Positions 18,503 to 31,958 of a DNA stretch of 64,000 nucleotides are shown piece after piece (positions within the stretch are counted from its first letter, which is position 1; every line of letters begins with the position of its first letter). Both the position numbers and the translations under genes were made by a program. The DNA is from Pirellulales bacterium (GTDB lineage: Bacteria; Planctomycetota; Planctomycetia; Pirellulales; PALSA-1355), in contig CAVTBU010000006.1 in the NCBI GenBank assembly GCA_963733035.1, positions 928,001-992,000 of the forward strand, in the 5' to 3' direction. The notes beneath the pieces were generated by a model. It was given only the letters and a program-made list of their open reading frames with translations, did no database searches and was not told where the DNA came from.

Positions 18503-19256
18503 CTATTTGCCGAGTTCGGCCAGCGCGTTGTCGAGCGATCGGCTGGAGACTTGAATCACGCCCTCGAAGGGTTGATTCAAGTCGACGATCAAAAAGATCG
18601 CGCTGGCCACCGACAGCGAGCACATCAGCAGCACCACGACGACGGTCACATTCCGCGCCCAGAAGGCGCTCAGGCTGGCGAACAAGACGAAGAACCAGAA
18701 CAACAGCACGATCAAGAACGCCATCGGCAGCGAATCGTCGTTGGGCTGCGCCAATTGCCAGCGGGCCCGGGCCAGGGCGCTGGTTACTTCGAGCGCGTGG
18801 GTCTGCGAGCCGCGATGGCGCTCGTCGGCCGGCGCGAGTTTTTCGATCGCATCGAGCAGCGCGCCGCCTTGCGCGGTGATGTCGGCGTCTGCCATTCCAG
18901 ACTCGCCGCTCGTATCGCGGAAACGCTCGACCATCACGGTGACCATCTCGCGGAGTCGCGCGGGCCGGTTTCGTCTCGGGGCCGTAGTGCGCGAGCGTGC
19001 GGTCGAGCAACACGATGTTGGTTGCCAGCTCTTGCAGTCCGGTGCGCTCGGTGTCGAACGACGACTTGGCTCCGCCGATCAGCAGCCCAAGCACGAGCGC
19101 GGCCATCGTGGCAATCAGCCCGGTGCCAAGTTCAATGCCGTCCTTGGAGTCTCGGTGCAGGTGCGCGGCGGGAACGAGGCGGCCCAGGACCAGGCCGAGG
19201 AGCACGCCCCCGAAACAGAACGCGAGCACCGTCGCGGCGATGTGGATGGAATTCAT
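18503..19256 (-). CDS. DUF4239/bestrophin-like membrane protein; frameshift near 18955
   Basis: GLIATMAALVLGLL..AKSSFD..LDRTLAHYGPET in the first frame; DLNQPFEG.I.VS in the second frame. Confidence 0.75.
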
Positions 19257-19516
19257 GAACCGCCGCCAGTTTCCAGATGATGGTTCGAAGCGACAAGGTC
19301 ACCTAGCTGATTGGTCTTGAATATAGCGACGCGCCCGTTTGCAAAATAGCAGGCCGCAATCGGCAAGCCGATTTGCAAAGGCATGCCGACCGCCGCGGAG
19401 AGGGGCCGCGTCCTCGTCATCGTGAGTCCTCCTCGACCGCCTGGCGTTCTGCTAGACTTGGTCGCCGCCTGAATCAAGCGTTTGGGGAGCCGGCCGGCTG
19501 GTCGGGAACGAATACC

Positions 19517-20578
19517 ATGCGACTGGGAGTGATTGGTGAGAACCTGATCGAACGCATCATCGCGCGGACGAATCTGGCGCCGGCCCCGCTCGTCGAAACG
19601 CAGATCGCCTTCAGTATGGCACGTTCGATCATGGCCGGCGTGCGTCTGGGCATTTTCGACGCGATTGGCGCGGGAGCGAAGACGGCTGCCGAAGTGGCCG
19701 CGGCTTGCAAGACGGATCGGGAGGCGACGACGAAGCTCCTGAATACGCTCGTCGGCTGCCGCTATCTCCGGCATCGCGGCGGCCGCTATACGTTGACGTC
19801 GAAGGCGCGCAAGTGGTTGCTGCGGAGCTCCGCCAGCTCGATCGTCGACAAGCTTCTATTTCAATACGACGAATGGGACATCGTGGCGAAGTACGAAAGC
19901 TACATCGAGACGGGGGAACCGCTCGAGTTGCACGGGTCGCTTGAGGATGAGGGGGTGTGGAATCGGTACCAGCGCGGCATGCGTGCCTTGGCGTCGATCT
20001 CGGCCGAGGAAGTGGCCAGCCGCTTGCCGGTTCCCCCGGGCTCGACGTCGATGCTCGATATCGGCGGATCCCACGGCTACTACTCCGTGTGTGTTTGCCG
20101 GCGGCACGATGGCTTGCGGTCGACGATTCTCGATCTTCCCCGGGCCGTCGAACAGGCCGCGCCGATATTGGCTCAAGAGGGGATGGGCGAGCGGGTTTCG
20201 CACCGGGCCGGAGATGCGCTCTCCGATGAGCTTGGCAGCGAAGCCTGGGATGTGGTCTTCGTGTCGCAGTTGGTGCATCACTTTTCTGACGAGCAAAACC
20301 GCGAGCTGATGGGCAGGATTTTCCGGGCGCTCAGGCCGGGCGGCGTCTGTGTTTTGCTCGACGTGCTGCGCCCCTCATCGCCGGAAAGCGCCGGGGGAAT
20401 CGGCGCGGTGCTTGATCTCTACTTCGCCGCGACGAGCCGCGCTGGCACCTGGCCGCTCGAGACGATGCAGGCATGGCAGCGCGACGCTGGATTGGCCGTT
20501 GAAAAGCCGATCCACCTGCGCACGTTGCCCGGCGGCGCAATGGTCGTCGGCAGCAAGCCACCTGCTCGCAGAACTTAA
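19517..20578 (+). CDS. Class I SAM-dependent O-methyltransferase with dimerisation domain
   Basis: LGIFD N-terminal region; MLDIGGSHG, ILDLP, GD, LVHHF. Confidence 0.9.
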   Translation: MRLGVIGENLIERIIARTNLAPAPLVETQIAFSMARSIMAGVRLGIFDAIGAGAKTAAEVAAACKTDREATTKLLNTLVGCRYLRHRGGRYTLTSKARKWLLRSSASSIVDKLLFQYDEWDIVAKYESYIETGEPLELHGSLEDEGVWNRYQRGMRALASISAEEVASRLPVPPGSTSMLDIGGSHGYYSVCVCRRHDGLRSTILDLPRAVEQAAPILAQEGMGERVSHRAGDALSDELGSEAWDVVFVSQLVHHFSDEQNRELMGRIFRALRPGGVCVLLDVLRPSSPESAGGIGAVLDLYFAATSRAGTWPLETMQAWQRDAGLAVEKPIHLRTLPGGAMVVGSKPPARRT

Positions 20579-20656
20579 GCAACGAGTTCGGCGAGCTGGT
20601 GGCGAGCGTTTGGGTTGATGATCATTGCGCAGCGCTCGACGACGTTTGGGCGATGC

Positions 20657-22849
<2,193 letters not shown>

Positions 22850-23007
22850 CTAGCAGTTTTTTGAAAGATGCCGTCGTGGCATTTTTCAACCTCGCGAAGT
22901 GCGGAGCCAAGCTCCGCACCGCCCGCGAAATATCGACTTACGTCGGCTATTTCGTCATCGCATCCATGCGATGACGCCGCCCGTTGAATGCTTCAACCGG
23001 CCGCTAG
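22850..23007. mobile_element. MITE-like element, copy 2, immediately upstream of the katG RBS
   Basis: CTAG at both ends; imperfect TIRs; body nearly identical to 9866-10020. Confidence 0.82.
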
Positions 23008-23343
23008 CGGCGTAATCTGTTGTGCAGCACGATGTTTATGAGTAATCGTATTTTAGCGGCCATTTAGGTTCGGTCGAGGTGGCCCAGAGGCCGACCCGAC
23101 ACGGGCGAGTTGATCGCTGTTGGGTTCGAGTTTCACGAAGTCCGATGGTTCGAATCGTACCGCCCGTCACGCGCGGCGACAACCTAGGCAGATGGGATCG
23201 CGGAGATGGGAGCGAGGCCCGAGGGACCAACTCGGTGCAGCATTTGGTTCGACGTCCGGCGGAGGTCGCCCTGGTCTGTTCGGAGAACCGTGACGTCGAA
23301 GTGACCGACGCAGCGGCGGAAAGCTTGGTAAGCGACGGTCCTC

Positions 23344-23366
23344 GGTTCAAATCCGCTTGCCCCGAT
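23344..23366 (+). other. tRNA-Pro-like 3' fragment (possible att scar)
   Basis: ggttcaaatccgcttgccccgat resembles T-loop plus acceptor 3' strand; no 5' half upstream. Confidence 0.45.
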
Positions 23367-23408
23367 AAGGGGACATTCTACGGAAAAGTAGAATGTCATG
23401 TCCCCCTT
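23367..23408. repeat. Palindromic element aaggggacattctac-n6-gtagaatgtc(atgtc)cccctt
   Basis: Inverted repeat with a duplicated atgtc pentamer in the right arm. Confidence 0.65.
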
Positions 23409-23612
23409 TTTCTTTCCACGGGGTCCGGCATCCGAGGGATTGTTCCACGACGGATAACCGTGCCGCGGGTTGAGCTTCTACAAGAAGGCACGTGGCCGCG
23501 GCCGCGCAGTTCGAGACTATCCCTTCGCGCCAGGCGTTTCGACTGCTCAGACTCCCCCGCCGGGCGCTGCACATTTCAACCGCCGTTCACACGCGCTTTA
23601 GCGCGAGGCGGA

Positions 23613-24038
23613 TCATGCGCCCTTTGAAAGTTTGTCGAGTTTCTCGGAGAGCCGTTCGACCTGGAGCGACAGTTCTGTAAGCGCCGCCTCTTGAAAATCG
23701 TGACGGGCCCACACAAAACCAAAGCCGCGAAAAACAAGGAGACCAATGCACCCCACAATCACGACAACGGCACCGGCGATCAGTGTGCCAAAGCCGAGCC
23801 TCGTCAAATGGGTCATATCATGCTGACCATTGGCTGCAATTACAACGGCAATGAACCCGAGCAGCATCAGGACGCCGCCCGCCAGGCAGACGTAAAGCGC
23901 GTAGCGACCACGGCGAGTCATGTGAGTCACCTTCTGCTTAAGCCGCTTGCGCAGCTCGGCCATCTCCTCCTCGCTCGGTTGCTCATCGGAAGCAATGAGC
24001 TGGTCGATCATTTGGTCGATATTGTCATTTCCGCGCAT
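23613..24038 (-). CDS. 2-TM membrane protein, putative anti-sigma factor
   Basis: Overlaps the ECF sigma gene end; two TM helices, coiled C-terminus. Confidence 0.7.
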   Translation of the reverse strand: MRGNDNIDQMIDQLIASDEQPSEEEMAELRKRLKQKVTHMTRRGRYALYVCLAGGVLMLLGFIAVVIAANGQHDMTHLTRLGFGTLIAGAVVVIVGCIGLLVFRGFGFVWARHDFQEAALTELSLQVERLSEKLDKLSKGA

Positions 24039-24582
24039 GTTGTTGTTCCTCGATTACGGAGCGGATCTCTTGGTTCGCATAGTGAAGTCGTGATTTAACA
24101 GTCCCTTCTGGACAACCAATCACCTCGGCGATCTCCCGGATGCTCATCTGCTCGATGAAGCGTAACGTCAACACTTCACGGTGGTCGGGCGAAACGCATG
24201 ACAGGGCATAGTGAACTAGCTCGGCGGATTCCATCGCTTCGCTTGCATGGTGCACCACACCAGGTGCGTCGGCTTGTTTGTGCTGTTCGGTACGACGGCG
24301 GCGCGTCTCGACGCGAATCGCTTCGACCGTCTTTCCATGGGCGATCCGGTACACCCAGGCTCGAAAGCCATCCGGCGAGCGGAGCGACTCGCGCGTTCTC
24401 CACGCCGTTAGCCACACTTCTTGCAGCGCGTCGAGCGAACGCTCCGGATCGCGCTCGAATCGGCGCAGGAAGTACAACAATCGTCTTTCGACGAGTTGAA
24501 CGAGTTTCATGAAAGCCTCGGCATTTCCCCGCTGGAACTGCTGGACGAGAAACCGCTCGCGCACCCGATCGGCAAGTTTCAC
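24025..24582 (-). CDS. ECF RNA polymerase sigma factor
   Basis: GTG after GAGG; D.LQEVW, FRAWVYRIA, REIAEVIGCPEGTVKSRLHYA. Confidence 0.92.
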   Translation of the reverse strand: MKLADRVRERFLVQQFQRGNAEAFMKLVQLVERRLLYFLRRFERDPERSLDALQEVWLTAWRTRESLRSPDGFRAWVYRIAHGKTVEAIRVETRRRRTEQHKQADAPGVVHHASEAMESAELVHYALSCVSPDHREVLTLRFIEQMSIREIAEVIGCPEGTVKSRLHYANQEIRSVIEEQQHARK

Positions 24583-25123
24583 GTCGGACCTCTTTTCTCG
24601 GTTCCGTGCAAGTGTTGCACCGGAAGCTGAACAGCGGCGGCAGTTGTTACTCGGATGCCCTACCAAACAGTCGCTGGCCACGAGCCGATTGTTCAACAGA
24701 GGCTCATACAATTACATTTATTCCTGTCGTTGCGCGGACTTGCATCCCGAAATGGACCCTTACGCGTTTTGCCGGACGTGCTGCGAGAATTGCCGTAAGT
24801 GCCAGGGCCGACTTGACTAACGAGTTTGGCCAGGAATCGACAGCAGCCAGAAAAAGTTCTAACCGTGTCCAGCCGCCCCGATCTTCGATCTGCGAAAGCT
24901 CGTTGCCATGAATCACGGCGTGCCGTTTCCGGCTTGGCACGAACGATTTGAGGTTGATTTGTCGAGCCATTAACCTGGTTCAAACGTCCAACCGGACCCG
25001 AATCGCTGGCAACGTGATTCGCCGCAACGCATTGCCGACCAGAGAATTACAGAGTTCAAATCCCGTCGCCAGTCTCCGACCGGTGCCAAGGATCAGTGGT
25101 CTTGCGCTCCGCACGCGTCACCC

Positions 25124-26653
25124 TTACGGCTTCGATTCCTCTGTCTGGGGCGGCAGGATTTTGGGCTCGTCGGTTTCCAGCCCACGCGGTTGTCTGGAAA
25201 GCCCTTGCAGTTGTCTGTAAAGCTTGTGCAAATCCTCGGCATAGGCAGTGTCCGAAATGTCATCGATTCGTATGGGATGCAAGGTGTTGTTGTCCATCGA
25301 GCCAAACACCAGCGGCGATTCCCCTTCGCCCCATAAGGTTTTGACCACTCCGGCGTCGCGCCGCAAAGCGCGTACTGCATCAATCCACTCGACGAACGTC
25401 GCCGGCACATCGACCTCCAACTGAGTCGCAACCCTGCGCAGCACGCCTCGCGCGTCTCGCAAGTCGGGGTGGTAACAATTGGCTACCAGCGGAATGCTGA
25501 GTTTGCCGTTTGTCACAAGTGCATCGCGTGAGCCTTTATACGGTGCCAAAATCCACCACGAGTATTCCACGCCGTACCACTCGACGTGGAACAGTCGCAT
25601 CGTGTAATGGTTGGAACTCGTGCCCGTCGGTACATTATGCGATGCGACATCGAGCGCCGTGTAGTTGAAGCCCAGCCTGCGTCGGAGTGGCGGGTACTTC
25701 TTGAGAAACTCTGGCGTGCCACGCGCCGAAGACACAATGTAGTACAACCCGCCTTTGAGTGGGATGACTCTGTGGACCGCGAACAATAGTCCTTCCACTT
25801 CGCGCTGGGCCAATGCCCTATGGAGCGGATACAACTCGTCCAGGCCCTGATCAACGTCGATCACGCGCGACGATCGCGGAAACGATGCGATGAACCGATC
25901 CGAATCGACCTTCGCATCGAAGTCGATCGTAATGCGCCGATCTGCGCTCCATTTGCCGTCAAGGCGGCGTTGGTTAATCACTTGCCGCGGTTGTTCATCC
26001 CCATCGATCAGCAGGATTGCTCGCCGCTCGATGCCTTCTGGACTGGAAGGACCTTTCGTCGATTCTGTTGGGCTCGGCTCTTCGATCAAATAGGCTTTGC
26101 AGGGAAACTCGCCCACCTCTTGATCATATGCCGGAGAACGATTCTTGCGCCAATCGGGCGGGGCTCGGGAAAGGTCCAGCATCGAGCCGACTATCGTCAA
26201 CGCGTCGGAACTGGGTCGCCGCAAGACAACGCCATCCGAATGGGCATCATCGGTATTCCACATCCAGTTCGATTTGCCATCATCCACGACGATCGTGTTG
26301 CCATGCTCGGTGCGAACGCCGAGCGCTTTATCAAACCAGATTTCAGTAAACTGCCTGGCGCCTTTGTCGAACGACTCGATCAACACGTGGGCTCGCCCGG
26401 CCTTTCTCAACGTTCGCTGCACCGCAGCATACAACGTGACCGGAGTCGAGAGTTGTGCGGCAATCACGATCAGGATTGTCGCCGCCGTGGCTAACCCGCC
26501 AGTGACAAGTATCATGGCCCAACGACGCTTTGGAACGGATGACCGCAACTGCGGCGTAATCACAACTTTCTCCGAAACGAATTCCCGGACTGTCGGAATC
26601 GGCCATTCTTGTCCCAGTAGTCGCAGTTTGTCTTCAATGTGATGCTCAATCAC
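25124..26653 (-). CDS. Single-TM protein with large extracytoplasmic (LolA-like) domain, putative anti-sigma factor
   Basis: Directly downstream of an ECF sigma gene; short N-terminal cytoplasmic part, TM, beta-rich domain. Confidence 0.7.
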   Translation of the reverse strand: MIEHHIEDKLRLLGQEWPIPTVREFVSEKVVITPQLRSSVPKRRWAMILVTGGLATAATILIVIAAQLSTPVTLYAAVQRTLRKAGRAHVLIESFDKGARQFTEIWFDKALGVRTEHGNTIVVDDGKSNWMWNTDDAHSDGVVLRRPSSDALTIVGSMLDLSRAPPDWRKNRSPAYDQEVGEFPCKAYLIEEPSPTESTKGPSSPEGIERRAILLIDGDEQPRQVINQRRLDGKWSADRRITIDFDAKVDSDRFIASFPRSSRVIDVDQGLDELYPLHRALAQREVEGLLFAVHRVIPLKGGLYYIVSSARGTPEFLKKYPPLRRRLGFNYTALDVASHNVPTGTSSNHYTMRLFHVEWYGVEYSWWILAPYKGSRDALVTNGKLSIPLVANCYHPDLRDARGVLRRVATQLEVDVPATFVEWIDAVRALRRDAGVVKTLWGEGESPLVFGSMDNNTLHPIRIDDISDTAYAEDLHKLYRQLQGLSRQPRGLETDEPKILPPQTEESKP

Positions 26654-26670
26654 GGCGACCTCTCAGTCTT

Positions 26671-27195
26671 TCAATCGCGAATGAGATTCTCGAATCGAGT
26701 TTTGAGGCGACTGACGGCGCGCGACAATTGTTTGGTCACGGTGCCAACGGGCCGGCCAGTAAGCTTTGCCACTTCGGCGACGGAGTGGCCGTTCAAGTAG
26801 TACAGTACGGTCACCAGCCGTTCGTGTTCGGGCAATTCCCCAAGGGCACCGATGAGTTCAGCTTGCTCGTTCGTCAGCTCGCTCCTCACGCTCGGAGCCG
26901 CGACATCGATCTCCGAAATGGGTATGTCTGCGCGCTTTGCCTTCGCCACTCGCAGAGCCAGCCGCCGGGCAATCCGCAACAACCAAGGGCCAACCGCATT
27001 CGGCGTGCGCAGCTCACTCAAATGTTGATAAGCCTGCAGAAACGTTTGTTGCGTGACGTCTTGGCTGGCGTGGAAATCTCGTAAGACGTGCCAAGCGGTA
27101 GCCCACACGGCCCGCTCGTATCGCGTAAGCACTTCGCCGAACGCCTGCCGGTCACCGAGCTTCGCCGCGTCAATCAACTCGGCGTTGCTCTTCAT
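26671..27195 (-). CDS. ECF RNA polymerase sigma factor
   Basis: GDRQAF..RYE, DVTQQTFL.AY, WLLRIAR, VAEVAKLTGRPVGTVTKQLSRA. Confidence 0.92.
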   Translation of the reverse strand: MKSNAELIDAAKLGDRQAFGEVLTRYERAVWATAWHVLRDFHASQDVTQQTFLQAYQHLSELRTPNAVGPWLLRIARRLALRVAKAKRADIPISEIDVAAPSVRSELTNEQAELIGALGELPEHERLVTVLYYLNGHSVAEVAKLTGRPVGTVTKQLSRAVSRLKTRFENLIRD

Positions 27196-27679
27196 GACGC
27201 GGCCTGTGTCCGGTGACGATTCACGCGTAGTTCGCGGCTCTACAGCAATAGAGACGCTTTGCATTGCATTTGCGGCACGAACGACTAAATAGTACCGCCC
27301 TAGCGACTTGAATTTGCGCGGACGGTGCGTGCACCAGTGCCAGATAGAGCCGTAAGTCGTTGACTGACAAGAAGAAGCGACACTGGCCAGCCTCTGATCC
27401 CCTTGATGAAGAGTTCTACCCGTGTTCTGTTGCCCCGACTTTCTACACGGTTAGTCCATTCGCGGCCCAGCGTGGGGCGGCGTTGCTCGTTACCCCACCT
27501 ACACGCTTCCCCTGCCAGCTCTTACTTGGGTTGGACGGTTTTCGAGCCCCGCATTCTTCGAGATTGATCTTGTCCAAATTGGCGTGCTTCGCTTGAATAG
27601 CCCGCCCCTTGTTTGGACACCGGCCGGGTCACCGGCGATCGGTTCGGACGATCTGTATCTCGCTTACCAGGAGTGTGCT

Positions 27680-28192
27680 ATGAGCGTTCAACGGTTTCGA
27701 TTGGTAACCGGTCTGTTGGCCATCGCGGCCGTCGCGCTGATAGCCGAACAGGCTTGGGCGATCTACTTTGCACTTGGCCCCTCGAAAGACGAGTGGGGGC
27801 TGAAGTACCAAGTAGAGGTCGAAGACGCCGGCTCGGACATGGTTACCGTCAAATTCACGCTCGAAGACGAAGGACGCCTGAAACCGATTCACTCGGTCAG
27901 CCTGTCGGTGCTCGACAAGCAAAAGTCAAGCAAAACGTCTCGGATCTCCCATGTGAAGGGACGTCTCGAGTTTAAGCCGACCGCCGACGGCAAGCGCGTG
28001 GGAACCATTCAAATCCGCAAGGATCAGGTCGACCTGGCCAGTCTTCAGGTCCTCACGCAACGGGTCGACGGAAAGTTCCAATCGGCAGGCGCCGCGTACT
28101 ACGACATTCCGCTCGAAAAACACCTCCAGGACGACGCCGCGCCGGCCGTGGCCTCACCGCTGCCGCCCGCGTCGGGCCGAGTCAAAAAGTAA
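27680..28192 (+). CDS. Secreted hypothetical protein (paralog of 10668..11177)
   Basis: AGGAG RBS; signal peptide; shared motifs with the paralog. Confidence 0.8.
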   Translation: MSVQRFRLVTGLLAIAAVALIAEQAWAIYFALGPSKDEWGLKYQVEVEDAGSDMVTVKFTLEDEGRLKPIHSVSLSVLDKQKSSKTSRISHVKGRLEFKPTADGKRVGTIQIRKDQVDLASLQVLTQRVDGKFQSAGAAYYDIPLEKHLQDDAAPAVASPLPPASGRVKK

Positions 28193-28265
28193 TTCAGCGG
28201 CTATCTGCTCTCGACCGAGCAAACCGCCGCCACGAGTCAGGCAGTTGTCCGCTGGTTCCGTCCGA

Positions 28266-28325
28266 TGTCCCCCCGGCGAGGCCTTGCTCCGGCGGCTCGT
28301 CACAGCCATCCTCCAGGAAACCGAG
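28266..28325 (+). mobile_element. IS256-family transposase C-terminal relic (left)
   Basis: Translates PGEALLRRLVTAILQET (cf. IS256 FPNxxSLLRLVxAxLxE); 25-bp identity with 32901-32925. Confidence 0.55.
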
Positions 28326-28369
28326 CGGCCCGTTGCGTGGCAACGGTGATTTGCTGTTTCCTCACGGGG

Positions 28370-29155
28370 CTAGAACAGTAACTCCAGGCCCGCTAGGACG
28401 ACCACCGTCCAGATGAATGTCTCAAAGATTCTCTGCGGGACAAAGGAAACCAGCAACCGCGCGGCGACCACGCCGACGATGGAAAACAGCCCTAAACCGA
28501 AGCTGAGGGGCAAATCGTCCAGGGCCACGGTTCCAATCAGGTAGTGCAGCGGCAGGCAAACCACGTTGCTGACTAGAATCAGCGTGGCGAAGGTGCCCAA
28601 GAAGACGAGTCTGGGCAGGCTCAGTCGTATAAGGTAAATCACCAGCAGTACGCTGCCCGCGTTCGCCAACATACTGAAGAGCCCGGAGAATACGCTCACG
28701 GTCCGCTTTACGAATGCATCTCGCCGCGCGGGTTGTTCATCTGACCGCTCCGGGCGCAACCGCTTGGACCAAAGGTGCCGCTTGGACCAAAAGTGAAAGA
28801 ACACCAGCAGCAGCAGGAGGGCGCCGATGAAGTGCTGGTAAAAGGCGCCGGGCAACAGCTTGAAGACGAGTGTACCGATCAGCGTGCCGCCAATCAGGAA
28901 GGGCAACATCCCTTTCACGAACTTTAGATCCGTGTGGCGGCGGTAGATAACAACGGCGTAGATATCCGCACAAATCAGCACGGACACGAGCATGCCAACG
29001 GATTCTTTGGCGCCGAATACCTTCACGTACATCCAAACCGCAATGCCGCTGATGCCAGGCAGGCCTCCCTTGCTCATCCCCACAAACACAGCACCGACAA
29101 CAACCAGCACCCAGTCGAGGGTTGAAAGGTGAAAGCTGTGAAGATAATCGAGCAT
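28370..29155 (-). CDS. TauE/SafE (sulfite exporter, TSUP) family membrane protein
   Basis: GMSKGGLPG, ADIYAV..YRRH, SMLANAG; multiple TM. Confidence 0.88.
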   Translation of the reverse strand: MLDYLHSFHLSTLDWVLVVVGAVFVGMSKGGLPGISGIAVWMYVKVFGAKESVGMLVSVLICADIYAVVIYRRHTDLKFVKGMLPFLIGGTLIGTLVFKLLPGAFYQHFIGALLLLLVFFHFWSKRHLWSKRLRPERSDEQPARRDAFVKRTVSVFSGLFSMLANAGSVLLVIYLIRLSLPRLVFLGTFATLILVSNVVCLPLHYLIGTVALDDLPLSFGLGLFSIVGVVAARLLVSFVPQRIFETFIWTVVVLAGLELLF

Positions 29156-29225
29156 GATCGCGTTTGGCCGAGTTTTTGCCCTTTATGCGCCGGTCCACAA
29201 GCAGGCAGAGGCATTTCGGGTGTCT

Positions 29226-31952
29226 TCATCCATGATGGTTAGCGCCGCCGTAGAGCGCCTCGTAAACCCGATCCGCACTGAAGGGGAGACTCGACAGCCT
29301 GACACCGATAGCGTCCTTGACGGCATTCCCCAGCGCCGCGCTGACTGGGACAATGGAAGACTCGCCCATCGGTTTGGCTCCCAGCGGACCCATCGTATCG
29401 TAGGTGTCCGCGTAAAAGATCTCGGTGCGCGGAATATCCGCGAATGCCGGGATTCGATAATTCCTTAGCGTTGCATTCAGGACCTCACCTTCACCGTCGA
29501 TCACCACCCGTTCGAACAACGTGCTTCCAATCCCTTGGGCAATCCCGCCCTCGATCTGACCGGCTAGCTGCATGGGATTCACCACAGTGCCGGCGTCAAC
29601 GGCTTGCACACTCTGTAGAATCCGGATCTCGCAGGTATCTTTATTCACCGCGACACGAAAGCCCTGGACCAGGAATCCCAGGGTCACCGGCGTGGCATAC
29701 GCCTTGCGCGCGACGCTGAATCTTAGGTCGGCCTGCGGAGTTTTCCGATAAAGCTCCGAAAAGCCAATCGATTGGTCTTTGAAAACCGGCGCCCGTCGAT
29801 CAGCGTCCCGTCTGCAATGGGGCGATCGAAGAGCCGCGCGGCGGCAGCAAGCAGGCGTTCTTTCAGGGCGTTGGCCGCGAGCTCAACCGATTTGGCGCAC
29901 ACGCTGCTGCCAGCACTGGCGAACGTGCCGCCGTCATAAGGAGTCCTATCCGTATCGGCGACAATCGTCTCAACCTCCGCGGCACGGACGCCAAGAATTT
30001 GCGCGGCAATTTGGCGGATCATATTCATCGAACCATTGCCGAATTCCGCCAGGCCATTCGCCAACAGGAACCTGCCGTCCGGCCCGAGGGACAGGTTGGC
30101 TTGCGACCGGTGCTCTTTGGGGGGCGCGCCTTCCTGAACATGCAACGCGATCCCTTTGCCTTCAAACCACTCGTGGCTTGCAGGTTTTGGTTCGCCGCGA
30201 CCGCTCGCAAGGGCCGCTTCGACGAAATCGACGCATTGGTCCAGCCCATAGCTTCCCATGTCGAATTCATCGGGGCCCGGCCGAACGCCCCGAACGGCAC
30301 TATCCGCGCGGATCATGTTGATCCGCCGCATTTGGAAGGGATCGATGCCCAACTTCTCGGCCAATTCATCGATTGCACATTCGATGGCAAACGTCGTCTG
30401 TGTTCTTCCGAATCCGCGGAAGGCGCCCGCCGGAATTGCGTTGGTGTGAACCGCGTAGCCCGTCCCTTTCTTGTTCGGACAGTCATAGGTCAGAACGGGG
30501 GACGTGAGAGCCGCAGACAGAACTTCCCCGGCGTGATTTCGATACGCGCCGGTATTCGAAACCGCGCGAAGCTCGATGGCCGTGAGGGTTCCATCGCGCC
30601 GCGCTCCTGAGTTTGACGCGCATCTGATACGGATGCCGTCCCGGACCGGCGATGAACTCCTCGCCTCGCGTCCATTCCCACTGCGTAGGCCGACCGGTCT
30701 TCAGGACCCCCAAGACGCAAAGATCCTCGGTCAGCATCTCCTGCTTGGCCCCAAACCCACCTCCAACTCGCTCGGAAAAAACATGCAGCGACTGCGGATC
30801 GAGAGAGAATACGTAGGCGAGTTTTTCCTGGATCAGGTGGGGAGTTTGGGTGTCGGTTCGAACGTGGATTCGCCCGTCGTCGGATTTCCAAGCGATGCTC
30901 CCATGCGTCTCCAAATGCACGTGTTGAACCCGCTGGGTGATAAACTCCCCCTCATAGATTTCATCCGCCTCTGCAAACCCCTTGGCGACGTCGCCAACTT
31001 CACTCTCCATGCGTTTGAAGATATTCTTCTCGGGATCGTCGATTCGCGCCTCGGCTCCTTCCGGGAAGAGCTGCGGCGCGCCCGGCTGCATGGCTTCTGC
31101 GGGATCGAAAACCGCCGGCAACACCTCGTAGTCGACGTCGATCAGCCGGCAGGCCTCCTCCGCGATCGCCTCGGTGTCGGCATAGACGGCGACCACACGC
31201 TGCCCCCTGAACCGGACCACGTTATCCAAAACGTAAGTATCATCGGGGTCGCAGTGATAGTCGTCGTGCGCTGCCGTGGTGTAGGGCTTGCGCGGCACCT
31301 CCTCCCAAGTCAGGATCAATTGCACTCCCGGCAGGGCTTGGGCGGCGTCCTGACGAATCCTCAGCACCTTGGCATGGGCATGCGGTGAGCGGACCACCTT
31401 AACATGGAGCAGGTTTTCGATGGCGCAATCCATCGTGTAGTGCGCTCGCCCTCGGACGAGTCCCTCAGCGAACGAGTTGCCGATATTCGAGCCGCACGTG
31501 CGACCGGCGACATCTTCGTCCACGACCGAATGGCCGCGAACAGCGTCCTCAATGGCATGATAGCCGGTACAGCGGCAAAGGTTCCCTTTGAGCCGAAAGG
31601 GCAGGTCTTGCTTGTCTTCCTCACCCAGGCTCGCGCACGTCATGATCATGCCCGACGTGCAGAATCCACATTGAAAGGCCTGAGCCTGCAGGAATGCCTC
31701 CTGCATGGGATGCAACTGGCCCTCGGAAGCGAGACCTTCCAAGGTCGTGACGTCCCGATTCTCGGCGCGAAAGGCAGGCACCAGACAGCTATGGACGGGT
31801 CGCCCGTCAAACCAGACCGTGCATGCTCCACAATCCCCGGCGTCACATCCTTTCCTGACTGACAACCACCCCAGATCGCGAAGGTAGGTGCGCAGGCACT
31901 GTCCTGGCGCGGGCTGCTGATCAAACTCCTGTCCATTCACCCGAAGTTTCAT
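29226..31952 (-). CDS. Xanthine dehydrogenase/aldehyde oxidoreductase family, fused 2Fe-2S + molybdopterin subunit; frameshifts near 30607 and 29790
   Basis: GCDAGDCGACT, FQCGFCTSG, NLCRCTGY, VGGGFGAKQ, GQIEGGIAQGIG, GAKPMGE across three frames. Confidence 0.88.
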
Positions 31953-31958
31953 AAGCTG

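Noticed and set aside
23100..23366. Complete tRNA gene
   Set aside because: Only T-loop-like words (ggttcgaatc, ggttcaaatc); no D-arm, anticodon arm or 5' acceptor strand
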